33,662 nt of DNA, from the IMG/VR virus record IMGVR_UViG_3300044564_000025; one strand, 5' to 3'. Made by a program: the position numbers and the translations under genes. Numbering within the stretch: position 1 is the stretch's first letter; each line of letters starts with the position of its first letter. The notes below the pieces were generated by a model. It was not told the DNA's origin and did not search any database. It worked only from the letters and a program-made list of their open reading frames with translations. The stretch comes from a virus. Shown here piece after piece: positions 21,277 to 28,829 of this stretch.

Positions 21277-21918
21277 ATGAGTATCGCCAGAAACATCAAG
21301 AAGATCAGAACCAGCGCAGACATGACTCAAGAAGAGTTTGGCGAAATCGCTGGCGTCTCTGCTATGGCCGTCTCCCAATGGGAAAACGGAAGAGCGGTCC
21401 CACGCATGGGAGCCGTCCAGCGGATTGCCGACTACTTCAAGATCAACAAGGGTGCTGTCATAGACGAGGAGCCCCTGCAGCTCCCCAAGGGTGCCATGCT
21501 CCCCATCCAATCAGATGTGGCCTACGCTCCGCTGCTCGGCCGAGTCCACGCTGGAGACGCACAGGAGCCAGACATCCTTGACGAGCGAATACCGCTCCCG
21601 GCAGAGGTATACGACGCCCATCCATCGTCCTACTTTCTTCAGGTCGAGGGCAACTGCATGAGCCGCGTCTACCCAGAGGGATGCCACATTCTCATCGACC
21701 CAGAGCAGGAGCCTCAGAACGGATCTATCGCTGTCGTGAGCATCGACGGAGCGGACTACGTCATGCGTAGGCTCTACCGAGGCGCCACGACGCTCGTGCT
21801 CTCCCCTGACTCCTGGGACGATGGGTTCGAGGACATAGTCATCAAGGACACCGACGAGCACACGGTTGAGTTCCACGGGACCGTCGTGTGGTTCCAGAGC
21901 TCGAAGGAGATGGAGTAG
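21277..21918 (+). CDS. CI/LexA-type repressor (XRE HTH plus S24 peptidase-like domain)
   Basis: N-terminal HTH MTQEEFGEIAGVSAMAVSQWENG; LLGRVHAGDAQEP (Ala-Gly site region); FLQVEGNCMSRVYPEGCHILIDPEQ...YVMRRL resembles lambda CI VEGNSM...ILVDPEQ...FKKL. Confidence 0.85.
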   Translation: MSIARNIKKIRTSADMTQEEFGEIAGVSAMAVSQWENGRAVPRMGAVQRIADYFKINKGAVIDEEPLQLPKGAMLPIQSDVAYAPLLGRVHAGDAQEPDILDERIPLPAEVYDAHPSSYFLQVEGNCMSRVYPEGCHILIDPEQEPQNGSIAVVSIDGADYVMRRLYRGATTLVLSPDSWDDGFEDIVIKDTDEHTVEFHGTVVWFQSSKEME

Positions 21919-21935
21919 CACAGCCAAAAAGAGAT

Positions 21936-21971
21936 CGCCCCCGCACGGCCGGGCAGGGCCATGCGGGGGCG
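21936..21971 (+). terminator. Stem-loop between the repressor and integrase genes (weak terminator or attenuator candidate)
   Basis: cgcccccgca (21936-21945) pairs with tgcgggggcg (21962-21971) around a 16-nt loop. The downstream T tract is poor. Confidence 0.3.
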
Positions 21972-22009
21972 GGAGACCATCCATTTGGGGAACGGAGGTC
22001 GTGAACATT

Positions 22010-23146
22010 ATGCCACGACGGAGGAAGAGAAGCTCGTGGGGCTCCAACGAGGACGCGGGAAACGGCATGCGCCGCCTGCGCTACTGGGCCGACATGGGCG
22101 ACGGACGCGGCTACCGCAGGGTGTCCGAGACCGTGCAGGCCACGAGGCGCGAGGCGGACGCCCTCCTCGCCCGCCGCAGGGTCGAGCACGACTCCGACAG
22201 GCCCGTGCCGTCCCTGGCCGAGGTCTGGCAGACGTGGGTGCGTCCCACGCTCGAGCGCCGCGTGGCCGAGGGCGAGATATCCAAGGGCACGCTGCAGCAC
22301 TACGACGTCGCGTGGACCAAGCACGTCGGGCCGCGCTGGGGAGCCAAGCCGGTCAGCGCCGTGCGCCGTGCCGACCTGCAGGACTGGTTCGACGGGCTCA
22401 CGCACGGCCAGGCGGACATGTCCCGCATCGTGATACGCCACATCTACGACGAGTGCGAGCTGCGCGAGCTCTGCGACGGCTCCGTCGGGCGCTACCCCTA
22501 CAGGATGCCCAGGGCGGGCCAGACGCGCGACAAGGGCATCTGGACGCTGGACGAGCTCGGTCGGATCTGGCAGGCGTCGCGCGGCACGTACCTCGAGCCG
22601 TGGCTCATCCTCTCGGCCTTCGGCGGGCCGAGGGTCGGCGAGTCGCTGGGCGTGCGCAAGGACGAGGTGTGGCTCTGGGACGACGGCCCGGTGCCCGTGG
22701 CCGTTGTGCCCATCATGCGGCAGGCGGGCCGCGACGGCGAGGTGACGGACAGACTCAAGACGCAGTGGAGCTCGCACGCGGCCGTCGTGCCCGGTCCGCT
22801 GGGCGCAAGGCTCGCCGGGCTCTGCGAGGGCGCGGGCGACGCGTGGATCCTGCCGGGCAGGCGCCCGGAGCAGCCCATCAAGCGCGAGCTCCTGCGCACG
22901 CGCTTCGACTCGCTCGTGAAGGACGCCGGCGTGCCGCGCCATCCCCTGCGCAACCTCCGCAACTCCTGGGAGACCTTCACGCACTGGACGCTGGGCGTGA
23001 ACCCCGAGAAGGTCGAGCGCATGATGGGCCACGTCGGCAGCAGCGTGACCGAGCGCCACTACGACCGCCCCGAGGCGGAGATGCTCGCCGCCGAGGTCTC
23101 GAGGGCCTACTCCGAGCACCCGTACGCCGACGGATGGGACGTATGA
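22010..23146 (+). CDS. int: Tyrosine integrase
   Basis: ...GGPRVGESLG..., ...LRNLRNSWETF..., ...MGHVGSSVTERHYDRP. It sits next to the repressor and an attP-like non-coding region. The ATG at 22010 was chosen; the 5' part of the track ORF was trimmed. Confidence 0.9.
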   Translation: MPRRRKRSSWGSNEDAGNGMRRLRYWADMGDGRGYRRVSETVQATRREADALLARRRVEHDSDRPVPSLAEVWQTWVRPTLERRVAEGEISKGTLQHYDVAWTKHVGPRWGAKPVSAVRRADLQDWFDGLTHGQADMSRIVIRHIYDECELRELCDGSVGRYPYRMPRAGQTRDKGIWTLDELGRIWQASRGTYLEPWLILSAFGGPRVGESLGVRKDEVWLWDDGPVPVAVVPIMRQAGRDGEVTDRLKTQWSSHAAVVPGPLGARLAGLCEGAGDAWILPGRRPEQPIKRELLRTRFDSLVKDAGVPRHPLRNLRNSWETFTHWTLGVNPEKVERMMGHVGSSVTERHYDRPEAEMLAAEVSRAYSEHPYADGWDV

Positions 23147-23395
23147 TGGTGCCACGGCCACAGGCTCCAATCGGCGCACTTGGGCCAGATAGGGACAATC
23201 GGGACCTATGCACATGCGTCTACCTGCGGAAACGTTCAGACAAGTTTACAGGCCCACTTCGCTTTTTCAACTTCTAGACTGCACGGTGTACCGAATACCT
23301 GCGGTTATGCAAAAGCTGGTTCCACAGCTTGCATGGTTTGCACTAGCTTGGGACGGCGTTGGGACGCGCCAGAAGGTTCAATCGCCAATGAAAAT
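23147..23395. other. attP-candidate non-coding region
   Basis: About 250 nt without a convincing ORF, locally A+T-richer, directly after int. Direct repeats TACCTGCGG occur at 23221 and 23296, and CAATCG occurs three times. Confidence 0.4.
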
Positions 23396-23425
23396 GACCC
23401 CGCCCTCCCGAGGGAGGGCGGGGTC
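23396..23425 (-). terminator. Intrinsic terminator ending the late/lysis operon
   Basis: 13-bp stem gaccccgccctcc / ggagggcggggtc with a 4-nt loop. On the minus strand it is followed by AUUUUCAUU, 88 nt after the endolysin stop. Confidence 0.75.
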
Positions 23426-23512
23426 GTCTGGTGTTGCGCCTGTCGCCCAGGGACGGGCCCTTGGCCGTGGAAGGAGTGCGCGGCCGCGCGCGGCGGCACG
23501 GCGCTCTGAGGT

Positions 23513-24565
23513 CTACCTCTTGAGGTACACGCTGCCGCCCTTGCTGACGGCCACGTAGCGCTTCTTTCCGGAGCTCGCGCCGGTGTAACGTCCCCAGACG
23601 CAGCCGTCCGCGGTCGTGCTCCAGCCATCCAGGGTCACCTGCTGGCCCTTATGGTACTTGGCCACGACGGAAGAGCCCGTGGCGGGCGCGGAGCGGACGT
23701 TGAGCGTGGCCACCTGGCAGGTGTATCTCCCGGCGGGCAGGGATGCCGCCGCCGGCTTGGCAGCGGCCCTTGCGGGCGACGCCGCGGCGCCTGCCTTGCG
23801 CAGGTAATCCATGCCGCCGGTCGTGCGCACGGCCACCCAGCGAAGCTTGCCCGAGCCGCCCGTGTATCGGCCCCAGACGCAGCCGCCAGCGGTGACGGCG
23901 GTGCCGTCCAGCACGACGGTCTCGCCCTTATGGTATTGCGCGACCACCGAGTAGCCCGTGCCAGCACCCGAGCGCACGTTGAGCGCGGAGACCACGCACT
24001 GGTAGGTGCCTGCGGGCACCGAGGTGCTGACGGTGGCGTCGTGGACGGGAGTGGCCGTCTGTGCGGCCTTGGGCTGTCCGCCGACGTAGCGGTAGGCCCA
24101 CGTCCAGCGGCCCGCGTCGAGTGCGCTGTACGCGCTCTCCCACCCGGTCTGGTCGCCCTTGGTGCCCGAGATCGTCTTGTGCTCGCTGATTCGGAAGCCG
24201 GCCTGCATGAGCCTGCCGCCAACGCTGATGACCATCTCCGTGTGGCCCGATCGCAGGAGGACGTCGCCGACCTGCAGCGACCCCAGCCCGACGCCGGCGA
24301 AGCCGTGCTGCTTGAGTAAGGTGGCCTCGTTTCCCGTCCACATGTAGCAGCCGCGCGGCAGCACGCCAGCCGCGACGTAGCACATGCGGACGGCCTCGGA
24401 GCAGTCGTAGTCCCCGCCATGCACCGTGGTGACGGTGCCGTCCGACAGCCTGATGCTCTCGATCGTCCCGTCGCCCCTGCGGGCTGGTTGCGAGTAGCCG
24501 TGCGCGCTGTGGGTCACGAGGTGGTACATGATCTCCGCCGCACGCGCGTTGTAGGTGAGTGCCAT
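23513..24565 (-). CDS. Endolysin: Cys/His peptidoglycan hydrolase domain plus two SH3b-like wall-binding repeats
   Basis: N-terminal ...HGYSQPARRGDG...GGDYDCSEAVRMCY...RSGHTEMV... Two C-terminal repeats match the pattern Y.C.V..LNVRS....G..VVA.YHKG..V.LDG......GCVWGRYTG. Confidence 0.85.
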   Translation of the reverse strand: MALTYNARAAEIMYHLVTHSAHGYSQPARRGDGTIESIRLSDGTVTTVHGGDYDCSEAVRMCYVAAGVLPRGCYMWTGNEATLLKQHGFAGVGLGSLQVGDVLLRSGHTEMVISVGGRLMQAGFRISEHKTISGTKGDQTGWESAYSALDAGRWTWAYRYVGGQPKAAQTATPVHDATVSTSVPAGTYQCVVSALNVRSGAGTGYSVVAQYHKGETVVLDGTAVTAGGCVWGRYTGGSGKLRWVAVRTTGGMDYLRKAGAAASPARAAAKPAAASLPAGRYTCQVATLNVRSAPATGSSVVAKYHKGQQVTLDGWSTTADGCVWGRYTGASSGKKRYVAVSKGGSVYLKR

Positions 24566-24566
24566 G

Positions 24567-24767
24567 CTAATCCTCAGCCTCCCTGATAAGCCTGTCGTAG
24601 GACCACCTGCCGCCCGAAGGCGACCACGGGGTCCTCTCCTGGTGGAGGCACCTCGGGCACATCCACTCGGTCCACTCCGTGCCGCTCTGGTGCGTGCCGT
24701 AGAGCGGCCTCATCCTGTGCCCGCAGAGCGGGCAGTCCGGCGCGTGCCTGTTGGCCGCCTCACTCAT
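24567..24767 (-). CDS. Zinc-ribbon protein inside the lysis cassette
   Basis: 66 aa, ...DCPLCGHRM...WMCPRCLHQ... Its start overlaps the holin stop by 8 nt, and its stop is 1 nt from the endolysin ATG. Confidence 0.6.
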   Translation of the reverse strand: MSEAANRHAPDCPLCGHRMRPLYGTHQSGTEWTEWMCPRCLHQERTPWSPSGGRWSYDRLIREAED

Positions 24768-25005
24768 CGGACGCGTCGCCGCCCCTGGTCGCGGTCGCGG
24801 AGCTCACGCCGATGAGCGCGCCCACGCAGGTGCACACAGCAGCGGAGGTCTTGGCCACCTCGTCCGGGTGCGGCCACCCCCATACGCCCGCGAGGACCAC
24901 GTAGAGCGTGGTCAGCGCAGGGATGCCCACGAGGTCGAGCCACTTGAGCGCCTGGTACGCCGCCTCCGGCAGCATGTACGTCTTACCCTTGTCGTCCATC
25001 AGCAC
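24760..25005 (-). CDS. Holin (phi LC3 / LL-H-like pattern)
   Basis: 81 aa, ...YQALKWLDLVGIPALTTLYVVLAGVWGWPHPDEVAKTSAAVCTCVGALIGVSS..., directly upstream of the endolysin region. Confidence 0.7.
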   Translation of the reverse strand: MLMDDKGKTYMLPEAAYQALKWLDLVGIPALTTLYVVLAGVWGWPHPDEVAKTSAAVCTCVGALIGVSSATATRGGDASDE

Positions 25006-25444
25006 CCCAATCCTTCGGCCTGCCGTCCCACGGCGGCAGGGCCATGATGTCGTCCTTGTAGTGGTCGACCACGCCGTTGTGGTCCCCCGTGGCCTCGCAC
25101 AGCGCCTCGTACGTCTCGTAGCTCGCCATCCAGGAGCGCCGCTGCGTGTCGTCCGCGTCGCCGATGCCCATGAGGCGGTCGTGCTCGCTCACGAGCTTCT
25201 GTCGCAGCAGCACCTTGAGCGCGCCGTCCACCAGCGCATCGTGGCTGGCCGTCTTGGCGTCGCGCGCCTTCTCCACCTCAGCGGCGCGTATCGCCACGTA
25301 CACGGCCAGCGCCAGCGCCAGCACGATGAGCCACACCGTGGCCACGTGGTCGTCGCGCGGGTCGCCCTCCGTGAGGACCGCCGTCACGACGTAGCCCACT
25401 CCCGTGGTGAGCCCCCAGTAGAGGAGCGTCTTGTACGTCTCCAC
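24983..25444 (-). CDS. Membrane protein (two N-terminal TM helices), possibly lysis-associated
   Basis: METYKTLLYWGLTTGVGYVVTAVLTEG...VWLIVLALALAVYVAIRAAE...; 153 aa; precedes the holin. Confidence 0.55.
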   Translation of the reverse strand: METYKTLLYWGLTTGVGYVVTAVLTEGDPRDDHVATVWLIVLALALAVYVAIRAAEVEKARDAKTASHDALVDGALKVLLRQKLVSEHDRLMGIGDADDTQRRSWMASYETYEALCEATGDHNGVVDHYKDDIMALPPWDGRPKDWGADGRQG

Positions 25445-25773
25445 TAGGCGCCCACCGCGGTCGTCGGGTCGGTCGTGGTCGTGGAGTCCGTAGTCGTTGT
25501 GGTGCCGGTGTCGGTGGCGGCCGACGCGCCCGCGTCGGTCATACCGTCAGCCGCCTTCGGCTTGGCGGCGCCCTGGATGACGGTGACCTCGTACACGTGG
25601 CCCGTGGTGTCGGCGAGCATGGCCATGTCGCTGGCGAGCTTGTCGCTGACGGCACCATAGGCGAGTTCCATGTGAAAGGCCGAAACCGCCTTGTTGTAGT
25701 CGTCGTACGCCGTCATCACGGGGTTGTCCGAGCCGTCGGCGTGCTCCTGGCTGATGATCACCAAGTACTTCAA
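25444..25773 (-). CDS. Hypothetical protein (Thr-rich tail)
   Basis: 109 aa. The TTG start has GGAGG 5 nt upstream. Confidence 0.55.
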   Translation of the reverse strand: MKYLVIISQEHADGSDNPVMTAYDDYNKAVSAFHMELAYGAVSDKLASDMAMLADTTGHVYEVTVIQGAAKPKAADGMTDAGASAATDTGTTTTTDSTTTTDPTTAVGA

Positions 25774-25782
25774 ACGTGCCTC

Positions 25783-26154
25783 CTATGTGTACGTGACGCC
25801 TATCACCTTGCGGATGTGGATGTGGGGCTGCGACGTTTCGGCCCAGCGCACCTGCGAGTTGCTTGAGAAGAGGTTCACGAATCTCTCGGCGCCCATCGAG
25901 AGCGTCGACCCCGAGCCGTTCGCAGAGCAGTTGGCGACCTGCATGGTCGTGCCAGTCGCGAACCCCATCATCGTGACGTTGACGCCGCTCTTGTCGAAGA
26001 TGACGCCGACCTCGCGCGTGTGCCACTGCCAGTCGGTCTCGAAGCAGACCACGAGCGCGTCGTAGCTGCTCACCGCCCTCGGCAGCGTCACGGAGAGCGT
26101 CAGGTCCCCGTCGTACAGGACCTCGAGCCTCGTGTTGACGGCGGTCATCGACAT
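25783..26154 (-). CDS. Hypothetical tail-fibre-region protein
   Basis: 123 aa, MSMTAVNTRLEVLYDGDLTLSVTLPR... Confidence 0.55.
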   Translation of the reverse strand: MSMTAVNTRLEVLYDGDLTLSVTLPRAVSSYDALVVCFETDWQWHTREVGVIFDKSGVNVTMMGFATGTTMQVANCSANGSGSTLSMGAERFVNLFSSNSQVRWAETSQPHIHIRKVIGVTYT

Positions 26155-26176
26155 GCGACCACCGCCGTCTTGATCG

Positions 26177-26509
26177 TCAGACCGGGTAGGTCAGGGTGGC
26201 CGCCCAGTAGCTGCCGACGGACCCGCCCCAGACGATCTGCACGACGCCGGCGGAGCTCGCCGAGAGCGCGCCCACGACGCTCCCGCCCTTGTAGGCGAGT
26301 GGCGTCCTGACGTCGTGGCTCGGCCGCGCTGACGCGGGCAGCGTGCCCACGGTGACCGAAGAGTTGGCCTTGGGGCTCCCGCCCCAGCCCCCACCTCCGT
26401 CGGCCATGATCGTGCAGATCCCGCTCTTGGTTCTGTACCAGACGCCGTTCGACCCAGACCCCGCAAGCCTGACCCAGCCCGTGTCCGAGTGCAGCTCCGT
26501 CATGCTCAT
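26177..26509 (-). CDS. Hypothetical tail-fibre-region protein
   Basis: 110 aa, MSMTELHSDTGWVRLAGSGSNGVWYRTKSG... It has higher GC3 than the overlapping track ORF 26145..26558. Confidence 0.6.
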   Translation of the reverse strand: MSMTELHSDTGWVRLAGSGSNGVWYRTKSGICTIMADGGGGWGGSPKANSSVTVGTLPASARPSHDVRTPLAYKGGSVVGALSASSAGVVQIVWGGSVGSYWAATLTYPV

Positions 26510-26567
26510 CTAAGAGCGCCCCCCCCGCAATCGCGGCGGGCAGGAACAAGTCAACCATGGTCCCCTC

Positions 26568-27743
26568 CTACTCCACGAGGTATACGGAGCCGCCCTTGAC
26601 CACGACCAGGCACGGCTTGGTCGGCACGGCCGACTCGTCCGGCTTCGACGCGTAGTACAGGACCGGCAGCATGGCCACGCCCTCGTAGCTCATGGCCATG
26701 CCGACGTCGAGCCCCTCCGAGGTCGCGGCCTTGCCGATGGCGAGCCCCTTGCCGCCCTTCAGGAAGTCCAGCAGGTAGAAGGTCGGCGTGATGATGGTGG
26801 TCTGCGTGGTCGAGCCGCCAGAGTCAGAGACCGTGACACGTACGTCATAGGCGTAGCCAGTCTGGAAGGCGCCAGTATCCGAGTCGGTCACCGTGCCGAT
26901 GACGCCCGTTGCCGTGCCAGACGTGGTGCCACCAGCGGTGAGCGCGACCTCGCTCCCCCACGTCGACTCTCCACGCTTGCGCCATGCCGCCGTGACCTTG
27001 CTCACGACGTTGTCGGAGTTGATGGTCGTGTCGACGGACCACTGACAGCTGACGCTCACGTACATGCCCTCGTCGTTGGCGGTGCCAGCGGCGTTCGAGC
27101 GCGTGGCCGCGTACGTCCCGATTGTCGGCGGGATGTAGGAGCGCTTCCAGACGGCGTACCAAGTGATGGCTTGGTCGCGCGTCTCCTCGTCTCCGGCGTG
27201 CTTCGTGGCACTCGTCGCCGTGGCCGACTCCGCCCAGCCGAGGAACTCGTATCCAGAACGCACCATCGTCAGCGTCGGGATGTAATAGTGCGAGCCGTAC
27301 CACTTCGTATTGCTCCACGTCGAGCCGCCATTCACGGTGCCGCCGTTGCCGTTGTAGGTGAAGGTGTGGTGGTCGGTGGCCGTGATGCCGACGCTCGCGG
27401 ATACGGAGGCTCCCGACCTGTAGGAGCCGAGAGAGCTGCCCGGCATCGTCGCGCGCGCCGAGACGGAAACGTTATGGTTCGACGTCCCCCTCGGGACGTC
27501 CCACGTGCGCGTGGCCCCGCCCTTGATTCCAGCTCCTGACACGGGCGATATGGTCTGCGTGTACGTCTGGCCGTTGACGGTGGTCGTCACGGTCGCGCCG
27601 CTGCTCACGCTCGCGTATTGGTTCTGGATGCTCGCGCAGGTCGTGATGCGCGCGACGTTGCCGCTGAGGTTCGCGACGATGTAGTCCAGCTTGATGCGCC
27701 AGTCGTCGCCCGCGACCCATCCTGAGTATACGGTCACCATCAT
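26568..27743 (-). CDS. Tail fibre / receptor-binding protein with a Listeria-Bacteroides-type repeat
   Basis: ...FTYNGNGGTVNGGSTWSNTKWYGSHYYIPTLTMVRSGYEFLGWAESATAT...YAVWK. The ATG at 27743 overlaps the upstream TGA (ATGA); the track uses GTG 27752. Confidence 0.7.
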   Translation of the reverse strand: MMVTVYSGWVAGDDWRIKLDYIVANLSGNVARITTCASIQNQYASVSSGATVTTTVNGQTYTQTISPVSGAGIKGGATRTWDVPRGTSNHNVSVSARATMPGSSLGSYRSGASVSASVGITATDHHTFTYNGNGGTVNGGSTWSNTKWYGSHYYIPTLTMVRSGYEFLGWAESATATSATKHAGDEETRDQAITWYAVWKRSYIPPTIGTYAATRSNAAGTANDEGMYVSVSCQWSVDTTINSDNVVSKVTAAWRKRGESTWGSEVALTAGGTTSGTATGVIGTVTDSDTGAFQTGYAYDVRVTVSDSGGSTTQTTIITPTFYLLDFLKGGKGLAIGKAATSEGLDVGMAMSYEGVAMLPVLYYASKPDESAVPTKPCLVVVKGGSVYLVE

Positions 27744-28459
27744 CCCACCCACTTAAGGCTCAAGTTGCCGTTCTCGCGCGGGACGAAGGCGAAGCCTCCG
27801 AGCACGAGCTGTTGCAGGATCGTCGCGTTACGTATGAGCAGCGCATCGCCTGAGATGTAAGCCACCACGGCCGCCATGTACAGGAACTGGAGCTGTTTGT
27901 TCGTGAGCTTCACCTGCGCGGGGCTATCCGTCTGCCCGAGCGTAAGCGTCGGGTCGCTGGACTCCTCCGAGAATTGCATGAAGCTCTTCCGGGTCCTGAT
28001 TTCGTCCGACAGGCGACTGTTCAGGTCCTTCACGTCCGAGGCGTTGCTGTCCACGTCCTGCTGGACCGTGGAGACCTTCGAGTCGATTGTCGCAAGTATG
28101 CTGTCCGAAGTCGTGCTGAGGTTCGCGGCGACTATCTCGACCTGCTCCTGCGCGTCCTGCGCCTTAGTCTGCGCGTCCGTTGCCGTGCTCTTGGCATCCT
28201 TGGCAGCCTCGTAGGACGTGCTCTTTGACGCCTTGGACCAGCTCTCGGTGCCGTCTGCGTAGACGGTGCGCTCGCAGGTCCACAGCACCTTGGTGACGTC
28301 AGCCGTGGGCTCCGTCTCGCTCCACGAGCCGAGGCTGGACGAGGACGTGGGCACCGTGGGCGTCGCAGCGGTCGGTGCGGCCAGCTGGTAGTAGCGGACG
28401 GTCGCCAGGATGCCCGCGCTCCACGCGAGGGTGACCTGCGCGCTAGAGAGGACGCTCAT
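27740..28459 (-). CDS. Tail fibre-associated structural protein (coiled-coil centre)
   Basis: 239 aa; ...AKDAKSTATDAQTKAQDAQEQVEIVAANL...; C-terminal ...LQFLYMAAVVAYISGDALLIRNATILQQLVLGGFAFVPRENGNLSLKWVG. Confidence 0.65.
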   Translation of the reverse strand: MSVLSSAQVTLAWSAGILATVRYYQLAAPTAATPTVPTSSSSLGSWSETEPTADVTKVLWTCERTVYADGTESWSKASKSTSYEAAKDAKSTATDAQTKAQDAQEQVEIVAANLSTTSDSILATIDSKVSTVQQDVDSNASDVKDLNSRLSDEIRTRKSFMQFSEESSDPTLTLGQTDSPAQVKLTNKQLQFLYMAAVVAYISGDALLIRNATILQQLVLGGFAFVPRENGNLSLKWVG

Positions 28460-28826
28460 CGAGCCACCCCCTCCCCCCCGACACCTTCACGAGGGTTGGC
28501 GCTTCGCTATGAGCGCTATGCTGCCACGAGACCACGACGTAGGCGGTGCCGGCTGGCATGGTGAAGGTCTTTGAGTAGGGTCTCGCGGGCATCTGGTATC
28601 CATCAGGACGCCATATCTCGACCCCGTCAGCGTCGAGCGCCCCATACTGAATCTCGTACTCGCCGCGCTCCTGATGGAGCGTGAAGACGTCTCCCTCCGC
28701 CGCAGGATACCTGTAGGCGACGTTTGTAGCCTCTGGGTAAAGCGGCCATATGGTGGTATTTACTATGCCGAGACGGTAGCCGTCGGCGACTTCGACCGCA
28801 CCGGACGCGATGAGGTCCTCAGCCAT
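28443..28826 (-). CDS. Hypothetical tail protein
   Basis: 127 aa, beta-rich. Its 3' end overlaps the next gene by 17 nt and contains a G7 run. Confidence 0.6.
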   Translation of the reverse strand: MAEDLIASGAVEVADGYRLGIVNTTIWPLYPEATNVAYRYPAAEGDVFTLHQERGEYEIQYGALDADGVEIWRPDGYQMPARPYSKTFTMPAGTAYVVVSWQHSAHSEAPTLVKVSGGRGWLDERPL

Positions 28827-28829
28827 GGC

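Noticed and set aside
23367-23385. GGTTCAATC resembling a tRNA T-loop in the attP-candidate region
   Set aside because: The flanking bases cannot form a T-stem or acceptor stem on either strand, and there is no CCA-proximal structure. It is not a tRNA fragment I can support.
26145-26558. 137-aa ORF with a strong SD-ATG, considered as a real protein gene
   Set aside because: After about 16 codons it becomes Arg-rich with low third-position GC and overlaps the better-supported 26177..26509 frame. Only its first codons are kept as a possible leader mini-ORF (see finding).
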